Positions 11,193-25,382 are shown, counted from the first letter of the stretch. The stretch is 64,000 nt of DNA from Octopus vulgaris (GCA_951406725.2 OX597820.1:35836001-35900000); one strand, 5' to 3'. Notes: generated from the letters alone by a model not told the origin. Numbers and translations: made by a program.

Positions 11193-12315
11193 CATATACA
11201 TATATATATGCTTGTATGTATGTAGCATTCAATCTGATAGTTGCAATAGTCATCATAATAATTCACCAATTATATCAAATTCATAATTGCTAATTGCCTT
11301 CTGATTACATCAATGCGTCTAATGAGAAATGTTTTGAATATATTTAAGTGTATTTTGAAGCTTCGCGTTTGCTGTTGATAAAGAATAATGATAAGGATCG
11401 CAGAATTGAACCCGTGTCATTACTGGCGAATACGAAATGGCTGTTCAAACACTTACTATGTCATAACTGTTGTTGTTGAACCGTAAAATCATCCACAGTC
11501 CAGCAGAAATATGATCAATGGCATTCTGGCCGTAACGAACCGTCTTTATTTTTCTTTTAAAATATGATTTGTCTGTGTGGTAAAAGGTTTATATCGCAAC
11601 TACATGGTTCCATGTTCAGTCCCACTGCGTGTCACCTCTGTAACCCCAGACCGAACAAAGTCATGGATTTGGTAGACGAAAACTGCAAGAAGAAACTCGT
11701 TGTGTGTGTGTGTGTGTGTGTGTGCGTGCGTGTGCGTGTGTGTGTGTGTGTTTGTGGAGAGAGAGACAGAAAATAGAGAGAGAAATGAGTATGTGCGTGT
11801 CTTTGTGTTGTGTTTATCTCCTACCACCGCGTGACAACAGGGGTTGGTTTGTTTACATCCTCCTAACATAGCGATTCGGCAAATGAGACCGCCAGAATAA
11901 TAAGTAAATAAATGCTGGGGACGATTTTTTCGACTAAACCACTCAATGCGATGACCCAACATGGCCGCAGCCCAATGACCGAAACAAACAAAAGATAAAA
12001 AGATACTGAATTTACAGAGACGCCAGAGGGTTCAATAGAGAGCCTCACAGTATTTCTTACGACTCCTGTGATCACTGTTCAAATTCCACTGAAATCAACT
12101 TTGCCTTTCATCTTTCCGCAGTCGGTGGATGTAGAGACAATTGGTTGATATTTGTAAACGACATGGTGCTACTTGGTTCATCAAAAGATGATCTCCAGTA
12201 TGCAGTAAATAGATTCACTGCCCAGTGCTGCAAAGCATAGTTGAGAATTAGTGTTGCGAATACTAAGACGTTGGTCCTTTCAAGAAAGTCTTCCCAGCGC
12301 ATCACTGAAGCATGT

Positions 12316-12974
12316 CTCTTTTACTCTCTTTTACTTGTTTCAGTTATTTGACTGCGGCCATGCTGGAGCACTACCTTTAGTCGAGCAAATCGACCCCAGG
12401 ACTTATTCTTTGTAAGCCTAGTACTTATTCCATCGGTCTCTTTTGCCGAACCGCTAAGTTACGGAGACGTGAACACACCACCATCGGTTGTCAAGCGGCG
12501 AGCTGGCAGAAACGTTAGCACGCCGGGCGAAATGCGTAGCCGTATTTCGTCTGCCGTTACGCTGTAAGTTCAAATTCCGCCGAGGTCGACTTTGCCTTTC
12601 ATCCTTTCGGGGTCGATTAAGTAAGTACCAGTTACGCACTGGGTTCGATATATTCGACTTAATCCGTTTGTCTGTCCTTGTTTGTACTATCTGTGTTTAG
12701 CCTCTTGTGAGTAGTAAAGAAATAGGTTGTCAAGCGATGTTGGGGTAGGACAAACATGAACATATAAACGCTCACACACACATACATATATATACATATA
12801 TACATATATACGACGGGCTTCTTTCAGTTTCCGTCTACCAAATCCACTCACAAGGCTTTGGTAAGCCCGAGGCTATAGTAGAAAACACTTGCCCAAGGTG
12901 CCACACAGTGGGAATGAACCCGGAACCATGTGGTTGGTAAGCAAGCTACTTACCACACAGCCACTCCTGCGCCT
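12316..12974 (-). mobile_element. SINE family A, split by a family B insertion
   Basis: A tail 12316-12497 and A head 12725-12974 are collinear once B is removed. Confidence 0.9.
12498..12724 (+). mobile_element. SINE family B with target-site duplication
   Basis: GGTTGTCAAGCG at 12486-12497 and again at 12725-12736. Confidence 0.9.
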
Positions 12975-13902
12975 ACGTGGAGAAGTTTATGTATCTAATG
13001 ACAGTAGTCACGAGTGTGGAAAGCAGGAGATTTAATTGGATGCTGGAATTGTAGGTGCCATCGTATTAATATGTCAACTCCAGCACACGATTTTCAGAAA
13101 AGGAGAGGTTGATAAAAGACGAAAAGGCCAAACTCATTATCTTCTGTTTGGTTTTCGTGTGTGTTCTCACCAATGGTCATGAATGTTGAATAATGGCCAA
13201 AAGAATACAATCGCGAATGCAAGTGGCCATACAGGGGGTTTCTCCGAAAGATCTCTGGAGCAACATTACTTGCCAAGATGCGTTGCTCCGAGATCAAAGA
13301 GTTTCTAAAAGTTGCGTCACCAGTTCTCCGTATTGAGACATCACAGCTCTGCAACTACGGACATATTAGAATGCTGTGGGAAAGAATCGCAAGACGGATT
13401 CTTCAATCCGAGCCGAGTAGCAGGCGACCGAGTGGTAGATCAAGAATAAGCTGTTAGGATACTATTCATAGTCTCATTTTATCACACTTGGTAATCCATC
13501 TCGTCGATAAATCTCAAGACGAGTGTTCTAAGAGGGTCCTATAGAAGAGGTACCTGTCTCTATCACTCCTTTCTTTGGCCATAGCTAACTGTCCTAATCA
13601 TCACTCATCTATTTTGTGGTTTTGAAAAGCACTGAATGAACTTTACTTCAAACTTCCTCTTTTCCCTGATTTTTCCTTTTGGGTTAAGCACGTTCTATAA
13701 ATATTCCTTCGTCTCCTTAAGGAGTGCTTTTTCCTTTTCTTCCAAAGAGCAACAAAAGCATTATTATTAAAAAGATTATTATCATGGTTGTTGTTGCTGT
13801 TGTTGTTGTTGTTGTTGTTCTAGTTGTTCACTTTGCTGTTGTTTTTGTTTTTGTTGTTGTTGTTTTTGTTGGTGGTGGTGCTGCTGCTGCTGCTGGTGGT
13901 TG

Positions 13903-13934
<32 letters not shown>

Positions 13935-13950
13935 GGTGGTGGTGGTGGTG

Positions 13951-14220
13951 GCGGCGGCGAGCTGGCAGAATCGTTAGCATGTCAGTCAAAATGCTTAGTG
14001 GCATTTTGTCCGTCTTTACGTACTGAGTTCAAATTCCGCTGAGGTCGACTTTGTTTTTTATCCTTTCAGAGTCTATAAAATAAATACCAGATGAGCATTG
14101 AGATAGATGTAATCGACTAGCCAAACATATGCGCACGCACACACACACACACACACATACACCATCGCACCCTCCCCCCAAAATGTCAGGCCTTGTGCCT
14201 ACAGTAGAAGCGATTATTAT
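13951..14220 (+). mobile_element. SINE family B, alternative tail, internal (CA)n
   Basis: B head and core, then the CCCCCAAAATGTCAGGCCTTGTGCCTACAGTAGAA tail. Confidence 0.75.
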
Positions 14221-14747
14221 TATTAAAATATTTCTTTTGATGTTGCAGTTATTGGTTGCCGTATCAGCTGGCCGAATAGGGAAAGGTGTTTTATATAGCA
14301 TCAAAGAAAAATGTTTATTATAAACTGTCTATCACAGGTAGTCGAAAGTCAAATTTTAGCACGAAAGTGAAGACGGTACAGAAATGGGGAAAAGGAAGAG
14401 AAGAATTGAGGTGACAAGGGTAAATTTGTTCCAACTTAATAACCCAGACTAGAAAAACGTCCCGATGTTGACATAATTTAAGGTTAGTGTTTTCTTTCGT
14501 GTGTATGTACGCGTGTGTGTGTGTTTGTGTGTGTGTGAGAGAGAGAGAGTGTGTGTGTGTGTGTATGTGTGAGTGTGTGTGTATTTGTGTTTGTGCTGGG
14601 GGATTGTGTTTGATTTTCATTTAATATATTTCTGGTCCCAGGTGTCAAATGCTACACGTGATTTAAATAATGTCTGAGATCTCATGATATGTGTGCATGT
14701 ATGTACATGTGTAATGCTTATGTATATGTATGTGTGAGGGTCTGTAT

Positions 14748-14798
<51 letters not shown>

Positions 14799-14976
14799 TG
14801 CACATATGTATATCCATATATACACATATATATATAATTTTATACATATATTTATGCATCTATATATATATACATGCGCGTGTGTGTGTGTGTATTTATA
14901 TATTTACACACAAATAAGTAATATATACATATATATATATATGTATATAGCTACACATTGACACACATACACTTGT

Positions 14977-15067
<91 letters not shown>

Positions 15068-15552
15068 GTGTATGTATATATGAATAAATGCGCATGCTTC
15101 TGTAAGTATATCTTTATATGCATGTGTATGTTTTCGCATCAATATATGTATGATGTATATGTATTTGTATTTAGGTGTGTATATGCATAAGGTAGGGGAA
15201 TGGACATTGGTAGTCCAATTCGTGTGACATACGTTTCAATAGCATTGTTAGTTATACATTATTCGTACATTACGTCACACAAAACATACCCATTTCATCA
15301 GGCACCCGTCTACTAGTAAAATACAAATTGATTACAATTCAATATTAATTATTCTTATATTAAGTGTTTTAGCATAACCGCATACACACGCACACATACA
15401 TATACACACGCTCACACACGCATATATATTTTCATTTATTTTAATGTTGAGCTATATGTAACTTTATATACACTTTAACATTAAAATGAAGAATCGCTTA
15501 ATATCTTTAATAATGGAAATTTTGACAATGATTTCGGAGTATCGGGTTACCA

Positions 15553-15629
<77 letters not shown>

Positions 15630-16284
15630 TTGTTTAAAAACAATAAATTTGTACTCTTTCATTATAACTGGACAAAAAACAAACATTGATGTACATATAT
15701 ATATAAATTTTTTGTCGTTTTCTCAATGCGCTGTGAGATGTGCAGCGTTATTTCAGGACAACCGCCACGAAATTTCAAGCAGGGGTATAACAAAAGTTTT
15801 ACATCATAATTTGTGATAAAATTAATGAGCAAGGTTAATATTTATAATGAATGTGCCATCTAAAAGGTGCTTTTTTCTATGAAAATCCCGATTTTTTACG
15901 ATTTTTTGACTGCTGTGTCGCCATTTTTTGGTGTATCTCAACCAGAAAAATGTTCACTTAAAGAGAATAACAAGCTACATAATGCAAATTTTTTACTTTT
16001 CAAAAACAATTGAAACTATGTCAAAACTTTGTTAGTATATATATATATATATTAATAAAACCGAAATTCTTCCGTCCGTCTGGAACCCCTGTATCTCAGT
16101 CTACATTTGCTCTACATAGACATATTATATCTCTTTTGAATCAGGATGATCCTGGTATTGAAAATCTTCCCTTCATTTGGTTCTTGGACATCCAGCATTG
16201 GGATCTGATTTAAAAGAATTTGGGTTGCTATTTCTAGCAGGTAAAAATGTTTCAGTTTAATGACTGAAACATGTAAAAGATAAA

Positions 16285-16698
16285 GCGTAGGAGTGGCTGT
16301 GTGGTAAGTGGCTAGTGGCGTAGGAGTGGCTATGTGGTAAGTAGCTTGCTTACCAACCACATGGTTCTGAGTTCAGTCCCACTGCGTTGCACCTTGGGCA
16401 AGTGTCTTCTGCTATAGCCTCGGGCCGACCAAAGCCTTGTGAGCGGATTTGGTTGACGGAAACTGAAAAGAAGCCTGTCGTATATATGTATATATATGTA
16501 TGCATGTGTGTGTGTGTGTGTTTGTTTCCCCAACATCGCTTGACAACCGATGCTGGTCCCCGTAACTTAGCGATTTGGTAAAATAAACCGATAGAATAAG
16601 TACTAGGCTTACAAAGAAAAAGTACTGGGGTCAGTTTGCTCGACTAAAGTAGTGCTCCAGCATGGCCACAGTCAAACGACTGAAACAAGTAAAGGAGT
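16285..16698 (+). mobile_element. SINE family A with duplicated 5' head
   Basis: GCGTAGGAGTGGCTRTGTGGTAAGT occurs twice in tandem, directly after a tail remnant of another copy. Confidence 0.85.
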
Positions 16699-16753
16699 AT
16701 ATGTATGAATATATGTATGTGTGTATGTATGCATGTATGTATGTGTGTGTATG

Positions 16754-16785
<32 letters not shown>

Positions 16786-16946
16786 TGTATGTATGTATGT
16801 ATGTATGTATGTATGTATGCATGTATGTATGTGTATATGTTTCTTTATAAACATACATATATAAATGTAGAAAAGTGAGAGAGACGGAGAAGACAGAGAG
16901 ACGCACTTGAATGTATATGTGTATGTCTGTGTGCGCCTGTGCGTGC

Positions 16947-17019
<73 letters not shown>

Positions 17020-17882
17020 TGCGCGTGTGTGTGTAGAATATAAGCGACATGTTATTATCTAGAGCTAATTTTACACCTGTTGTTTCAAATATAGTTTACA
17101 GTAAGTTACAGAAAGAATAGCATTCACACACACACACACACACACAACACACACACAACAAACACACACATACACATTCCCACGCATTCACACACACAAA
17201 CACACGCAACCGTATACATACGCATACACGTGCACACACACGTATGAGTGTATACCGGCGTTAACGCGTCTACTGGCTCATGTCACCTGACTTAATAAGT
17301 AACATGTCACAGTCACGTGTACAATACTTTAGACCACATCAGCCAAATACATTAAAAACAACAACGAAAGATAAGGTTTGTGCTTAAATAAACTTGCCTG
17401 ACTCGAATGGCAATATATTATTAAACAGTAAAATGATTGGCAGATTCCGTTCTATATTTGACATAATGCCTAGCAATATTTAGTTGCGAGCATTGAACTT
17501 CTGAGTTCAAATACTACCGGCGTCACCTTTGTTATTTAGCTGGCCCATAATCTCTTAAATCAAACGCAGGACTGCTTTTTATACATGCATGTGTTTGTAT
17601 ATATGTATGTACGTATGTATGTATGTATGTATGTATGTATGTATGTATGTATGTATGTATGTATGGATGGATGGATGGATGGATGGATGGATGGATGGAT
17701 GGATGGATGGATGGATGGATGTACGTACGTACGTACGTGTGTATGTATGTATGTACGTATAAACATACATATATACATACTGGAAGAGCCTATCTCTGGC
17801 AACACGATTCTGCACCGGTGTGTTAGATAATAAGGCATTATGACAATATGACTCTCTTCAGACACAATATATATGTATATGT

Positions 17883-17973
<91 letters not shown>

Positions 17974-18056
17974 TCATACAAAAGAACAAAAGCAAAAGAC
18001 AAAAACAAGTAAGAGAACAACAAAGTATATTAATTTGATCAGAAAAATGGAAGAAA

Positions 18057-18092
18057 CTTTGACATTTCGAGCCTACGCTCTTCTGCAGAAAG
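18057..18092 (-). ncRNA. Hammerhead-like motif, same family as 1058-1095
   Basis: CUUU-CUGCAGA-A-GAGC(GUAG)GCUC-GAA-AUGU-C-AAAG. Stem II is identical to the 1058 copy. Confidence 0.55.
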
Positions 18093-18270
18093 GAATGTGG
18101 ATAGAAAACAGATGGAGAGAAGAAAAACAAACGGAGAGAAAAAAATGTGTTTTAAGGTTGCACATGCATGCATGCTTACATACATACACACATACATACA
18201 TACATACATACATACATACATACATACATACATACATACATACATACATACATACATACATACATACATA

Positions 18271-19540
18271 CAGTGTATTCGCGCTAAATAATGCTTTGCA
18301 TAAAAAGAAAAGAAAATACAATATCCCATCAAAAAATAAGTATTCAAAAAATTAATAAAATCGTCAACTAGATTATGGCTGAGAGATAACAGTTTATTCA
18401 ATGTAGCTGCCCTCAGCTTCCATTAGAGCCTCAAGATACCCACCGAAACCTGATGCATAAGTTCCTCACCAAGTTCCTGAGAAGATCTTCGGACACTTCC
18501 TTTATCTTAGTTATTGCTGGACGATGGTGCTGCAGGCAGAGCGGATGATGCTTTTCTCATTTGCACTCCACACATAATAATCCACTGGCTTACAATCGGG
18601 TAATTTAGGAAACCGGAAATTGGATCTGGGGTAATCATAGAAATTCTCCGACAACCATTTCTAACTCTCTCCGGAGGTATGGCAAGGAACTGAATCCTGT
18701 AATCACAGATATGGCCTTCCAGTAGTAATCCTCTGCAGCCAGTGTTTGATGACAGCTTCACATCGACGTCTGAATTGAGCCTAAGGCCCTGTTCAAAGAT
18801 TTGGGTTGGTATAATGTTACTGGAAACACGCCCAAAGACCAGCACAGTTTGGGGTAATTTGGTTTCCATAATACGCTGAATATCACATGGATTATAACTA
18901 TTTATTGTGCGGGATGTTGCACAACTGGTTCTTTTCATTTGAGAACTACATCACCCCCTGGTTCAGCAGGATGCTGCAACTTCTTCACCTTCGTTAAGCG
19001 GTTCTCCTTGGCCTTGACTATCAGAATTCATCTCCGTGCCTATTGTACGAGCGGTAGCGAAGGTCCTCGTTCAAGGACAGTTTCATGGTCGCAACTCCAA
19101 CACCCACTTTTCTCGCCAAACCCCGGATTTAATTGCTCGGGTCTTCCATCACATGGCCCTGTAGTTGTTAGTAAAATTTCGGCGTACGGATGCAGTCAGA
19201 ACGCCTGCTGTGTCCCTTCCTGCAGGACACGGCATTGGCTTCATAGTCTCCGTTGTGGCTGTCCGTATCACGTCTTACAGCCTTTACAGTGTTCACCGAG
19301 AATTGAGCAGCAGTCATGAGGATATCGAGATTTTGATACCTGGTGCAAATCATCATGATACAGATAACGCTTTGCCAATATTCAGATGGCTTCCAGCCCT
19401 CCTTGTCAGCTACCGTTTCAGTAATTATAATTTTGATCGTTATACGCTCCAACGCTGTTGACTATTCACCATCACATCAAGCTGTTCTTAAAAAAAGAGG
19501 AGACATAAAAGAAATCGTCAAATTTAGCCCGAACACTTTG
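18271..19540 (-). mobile_element. Decayed DD37D (maT/Bmmar1-like) Tc1/mariner transposon with both TIRs
   Basis: TIRs CAGTGTATTCGCGCTAAAT / CAAAGTGTTCGGGCTAAAT (15/19) with TA flanks. Translation QD-SVPCHTS...PDCKPV-DYYVW has exactly 37 positions between the aspartates. TKLPQTVLVFG motif present; stops and frameshifts. Confidence 0.85.
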
Positions 19541-20018
19541 TATGTATATATACACATATACGTGAATTCATATAGACACGCTTAGAATAGATAAGATATA
19601 ACTTGCGTATAATCATATTCACGGATTTGTGTGTGTGTATGTGAGCGTGCGTGTGTGAGTGTGTGTGTGTGTGTGCGCGCGTGTGTATATGTCTGTGTGT
19701 AGACATAAATATATATATGCATGTATGTATGCATGTATGTATGCATGTATGTATGCATGTTTGTATGTATGTTTGTATGTATGTATGTATATGTGTGTGC
19801 CCCAGCATGGCCACAACCTTAAGGCTGAAACGTATAAAAGAAATTAAAGAACATATAATATATATATATATATGTATATATCAGCCGAAACTGCGAAGAT
19901 GATCCGGTTCTTGACTGAAGATTAGAGGCTTCAAATGACCCGTCCGTTTTCGTATCGTCTATTTGAATGTTTTGCGTTCTTGTCCCATTTTATATATTTT
20001 TTATACATACATACGTAC

Positions 20019-20049
<31 letters not shown>

Positions 20050-20258
20050 CATATATATATAAAAGGGTAGAATTAATTAATTATTAATTAGGAATGCACT
20101 ACTCTGTGACTCACGTGGGTGGACAGGGAGAATAATAGATCTCATTTGTATTTTTGGATCCGCTAGTACTGGTGGTCTGGCATGGTTTGTTCGGTGTTAC
20201 ATATATCGGACGGGTATGTTTGATTCTTAGTACTTTCAAATCTAAATCAGAAGAAATT

Positions 20259-20321
20259 TCTGACCTGATGAAGGAAATGTTGGCGTTTAACCCACGAATC
20301 CAGAAACAGGCTGTCCTCGGG
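20259..20321 (+). ncRNA. Hammerhead-like motif with canonical CUGAUGA core
   Basis: UCUGAC-CUGAUGA-A-GGA...UCC-A-GAA-ACAG(G)CUGU-C-CUCGGG. Stem I has one C-C mismatch next to the core. Confidence 0.6.
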
Positions 20322-20430
20322 TATCTTATATGGATGTGATCTTTCGTTGTTTTTCCCTTATACCTATGTGAGTTATTTCTGAGTATGTGGTAAAGTAAAT
20401 TATTTTACTTTACCCTATTTTTATAAATTA

Positions 20431-20558
<128 letters not shown>

Positions 20559-20682
20559 TTCAGTTAGGTGTTAAATAGGCACCGAAAGGATATATATCCA
20601 AAGAATTACTGGTTTTTTACCTATATAAAAAAATTGTTATGAACTAACGCTCATAACAGATAGGTAAATCAGTTTATCAATA

Positions 20683-21148
20683 TATCGATATAAATTAGAA
20701 ACGGAAACAAACTAATAAATTGAATAATTGAATCAACGAATGATAAATTCAATCCATTTTTTATTATTTCTACATAAACAAATGACGAATCAAGTTACAA
20801 CTGTTTCTCCTTCATTAACTAGGCTTTGTTTAAGATTACAAACTACCTTTTTTAAGAAAAGATAATGAGGTTTCTACAGACAGACATATATTCTTAAAAT
20901 ATTGAACGAAAATAGCAAGGAAATATTTTCTATAAGTATAAGCGCATTTAAAACGCTATATTAAGAGCGAGGTTAATAATATATAATATAAACTGGCTAT
21001 GTGGTAAGTAGCTTGCTAACCAACCACATGGTTCCAGGTTCAGTCCCACTGCGTGACATCTTGGGCAAGTGTCTTCTGCTATAGCCCCGGGCCGACCAAT
21101 GCCTTGTGAGTAGATTTGGTAGACGGAAACTGAAAGAAGCCTGTCTTA

Positions 21149-21196
<48 letters not shown>

Positions 21197-21955
21197 TGTG
21201 TGTGTATATGTTTGTGTCTGTGTTTGTCCCCCTAGCATTGCTTGACAACCGATGCTGGTGTGTTACGTCCCCGTCACTTAGCGGTTCGGCAAAAGAAACC
21301 GATAGAATAAGTACTGGGCTTACAAAGAATAAGTCCCGGGGTCGATTTGCTCGACTAAAGGCGGTGCTCCAGCATGGCCGCAGTCAAATGACTGAAACAA
21401 GTAAAAGAGAGTAAAAGAGTATGTTATATAATACACACGTTCTTATACATACATACACACACACACACAAACACATACACATATATATATATGGGTACAG
21501 GACGTCACCAACGGTGCAAATAACATACAATAAGTAAACAAACAAGAGAAAGACGAGCGAAGTACGTAAACAACGAGAAAAAATGGAAAGCAGGACAAAT
21601 AAACACAGGGAAAGCACACTTCATCAATATGAGTCTTCAAAGACAGTTGATTCCATAAATTCTAAGAAAAAAATCTAGGATTTATGGAGAGTCAAAGTTG
21701 GGGACGGAAAAATGAGTGGAGACATTCAAGGAAATCGGACGAAAACAAACATGCAGAGTCGTTAGACCAGAACGAGTGGAAAATAGTGAACGCTTGGAGA
21801 AGCATAATTTATTTGTATGTTTTGAAAAGAGAAAAGATAGAAGAGAGAGAGAAAAAAACGTCCGTTCTTTTAAACGTCCGTGTAAGAAAAGAAAGGTGGA
21901 TATGGTCACATGTGAGTAATGAGAGAGAGAAACAGAGAAAGAGGGGGAGCGAAAC

Positions 21956-22022
<67 letters not shown>

Positions 22023-22402
22023 TGTGTGTATTATATAAAAGGATCGTTTCGTAGAACTAGGTACTAGTAGATTTGAATTTAAGAATTTATGAAATTTCAG
22101 TTAGTTTATTTATTATTAAGCTCGCCTTTAATATAACGTTTTAAATGCGTTTATATTTATAGAAAATGTTTACTTGCTATTTTCGTAAAATACTTTAAGA
22201 ATATATGTCTGTCTGTAGAATCCTCATTACATTTTTTTAAAAAGGTCATTTGTAATCTTAAACAAACCCTAATTAATGAAGTAGTATCAGCTGTAACTTG
22301 ATTTGTCATTTGTTGATGTTGAAATAATAAAATTTGATTGAATTTATCGTTTATTGATTCAATTATTCAATTTATTATTTTGTTTCCATTTCTAATTTAT
22401 AT

Positions 22403-22408
<6 letters not shown>
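20683..22408. repeat. Long imperfect inverted repeat, arms about 20683-20981 and 22108-22408
   Basis: For example TCTACAGACAGACATATATTCTTAAA versus TTTAAGAATATATGTCTGTCTGTAGA; collinear over about 300 bp. Confidence 0.85.
20994..21420 (+). mobile_element. SINE family A
   Basis: Near-identical to 274-683, slightly 5'-truncated. Confidence 0.9.
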
Positions 22409-22470
<62 letters not shown>

Positions 22471-23238
22471 CGATACCTGAACAAAAAGTACATATATCAC
22501 TATTAAAATAAAGATATATACCTAATTTACAAATTTTATGTGTATACACACACACATACATACACACGATTTTAAAAAGGCAAAGGAGAATCCGAACCTC
22601 CCACCCGTATTCTCCTATGCCCAAATACGCAATTGAGAACTGCTCCAGCTGAGCGACTATATATTCAACAAGAAAGCTGAAAGGTTCAAAAGAGCATAAA
22701 ATGTATTACATAAACAGCAAAGATGGAAGTGAGGCGTTCAGGCTTATGAAAACGATAACATATGATGTATTGTTGGTCTGTCTGTGTGTCATGTTTATAG
22801 ACTTGAAGAAATGTAATAGCTCTAATATAATAATAGAGATAACAAATCACATGGTTTCATAACGAAGTCCATATTGCTGCTGTTGTTGTTGGTATTGCTG
22901 TTTTTACCTTACCCTATATCAGCTCTGATCTGTCAGACATGATAAAGGGCGTTACAACAAAAGCGATCTCGTTTCTTACGTGTGTATATCTATCTATTTA
23001 CCTATATGTGTGTATGTGTGTGTGTGTGTGTGTGTGTGTATGTACACGCACACACACATACCTACATAGATAGAGAGGCATGCATATACATGTATGCATA
23101 TACACATTCTCACACACACACACAGACTCGCACATACATATGCATATATATATATATATGCATTCAAAATGTGACCGCGTGTGTACCATTGGCGATTTTT
23201 TTCTTCTGTCATCCCTTCTCTGTCTTTCCTTCTCCTAT

Positions 23239-23273
23239 GTTTCCGATGAAGAGCTCCGCTCGAAACGTTAAAC
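23239..23273 (+). ncRNA. Minimal hammerhead-like motif, U4C core variant
   Basis: GUUU-CCGAUGA-A-GAGC(UCC)GCUC-GAA-ACGU-U-AAAC; all stems pair. Confidence 0.6.
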
Positions 23274-24202
23274 CCTCCTTCTTTCCTGAGCGTCCAATAA
23301 TACTATATTTGTTCCACGTCCTCGCGTTGTTGTGTTTTTTTTTGGTGCTTTCTTGTTTGGATTAACTTTATATATATGTGTGTTTGTGTGTGTGTGTGTG
23401 AAAGAGAGAGAGAGAGAGAGAGAGTTTATTTTTAAGCAGGGGAGAGGGCTGTATCCTTGACCCTTTACAAAGCATCCGAAACAGGTGGGATGGAAGAACG
23501 GACGGACGGACAGACGGACGAAGGAACGGAGGAAGAGAGGGGGAATAAGGCCAGGACGAAGGAAGAAATCCTCAGTTAGGCGGAGTGGGTATCGCTAAAG
23601 TCGCCCAAGACCCCAAGTTTTGGGTAACTTAATCGCTTAAGGGATTATGGTTTTCATACGCATAGGACGCAAAGAGCTGGAACAAGTCCTGAGAGGTATC
23701 CAATCTGACCTCCTTAGAGTTATGCCAACCACTATTCTGCATTAGTAGCTTTTTATAGACCCTGAAAGAATGAGAGAAAAGGTTGGGCTAGGTGGAGACA
23801 CGTGACCTCGTGATATTCAATAATCTTTTATTTCAATAAACGTATTTGATGCCAACATTGACTCTACGGGTATACTGCTATAGTAATATTAATAAGGAAG
23901 AATATACATTTACTATAGAACGAAATTTCTTTTATAACGAAGACTGGGTATTTTCTATGAACACTAATTGATGTCGTAAATGAAAAATCTTCAATGTGAA
24001 TAAGATGCTTTAATTATAAATAGATGTTAAGATTAGATTGTAATGGTGGTCGAATAGCATTTGAGAAATCCCTGCTTCTTTTATCAACAACTCACTGCTG
24101 GAATTCTGAATGTACCAGCATTCCCAGACAAAATGAAGATTGTCTGCATGCTTTTAAGCAATATATACATACATATGTATATACACACACACTCACACAC
24201 AC

Positions 24203-24234
<32 letters not shown>

Positions 24235-24292
24235 TGACAATATTAAAAATAAGGAATCCATTATTTTATATTATATCATATTATATTATATA

Positions 24293-24602
24293 TGGAGACG
24301 CAATAGCCCAGAGGTTAGGGCAGTGGACTCGCAGTCGTAGGATCGCGGTTTCGATTCCCAGACCAGGTGTTGTGAGTGTTTATTGAGCGAAAACACCTAA
24401 AGCTCCACGACGCCCGGCAGAGGGTGGTGGCGATCCCTGCTGTACTCTTTCGCCGCAACTTTCTCTCACTTTTTCTTCTGTTGGCCTGCTCGCTTAGCCA
24501 GCAGGGTAGCGTCATTTGCAGGCTAAAACAATGCGAAGCGCATTGTGACCGGCGATGTGTAGCAACATTTAATAACCTGGTCGGTCACGTGTGGTCACGT
24601 GA
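24293..24602 (+). mobile_element. SINE family C (tRNA-derived)
   Basis: B box GGTTTCGATTCCC. Copies at 34893-35052(-), 36132-36321(+) and 53361-53604(-). Tail ends in TCACGTG repeats. Confidence 0.85.
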
Positions 24603-25382
24603 TTATATATACACACTTATATATATATATATTTGTATGTATGTACGTATGTATGTATGCATGCATGTATTTGTATGTATATACACACGCACATTTACAT
24701 ACATACAAAAGACACGTACACACACATATACAGGTGGGGTTAATAGCGCAACATAACCTCCATAAACTAGAAGCCCCTAAACGAACAAAAGCTTTACCGG
24801 AATTAGAATTCCGATAGAGCACAAGTACACAATATCAGTGTGAATATATTGAATAATATATACAACAAAACCACCATACACTAAGAAAGCAAAATCCCCG
24901 AAAAAGCGTTTAGTCCTACAAGAACTAGAATTTCAATGTAGGACAACTTTACAAATCATCAGAATAAAAGACACAGAATGTTCACCATCAACGACAAAGC
25001 ACAAATAAACAAGCACATCAAACATATACATCCCATCTTCAGCCGTCTAACAGATATCATGACGTTTTTGACAATGGACAGTACCATTCAATCCGGCGGT
25101 CTCATCAACGTTAAAAACATAAATGTTGCCTAGAAATAAAAAAGATAAGGAACAATTGGCTGACTTTAGTGCAATGTCCATCATGTCTACACCTGCTTAC
25201 AAAGCGCAACTATAAATATAACTCGTCGCATACCTATAACTATGAAGCATAAGAATTGAAAAAGTAAAATATAGAAAAAGAGAAACATCACCAAAATGAA
25301 CATTGCCACCGAAGAATTATATAACTTAAAAACTATAAAATATTAAAACGAACTAGTGAACTAAATGTATTGAAAAGAATTT

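Larger units (their letters stand above)
12130..13450 (+). pseudogene. Decayed RTE-clade LINE reverse transcriptase and C-terminal fragment, interrupted by SINEs
   Basis: Translation LIFVNDMVLLGSSKDDLQ (FADD-like), LRISVANTKTLV; after the SINE, VEKFMYL, VLTNGHEC and QLCNYGHIRM. Stop codons are present. Confidence 0.75.
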
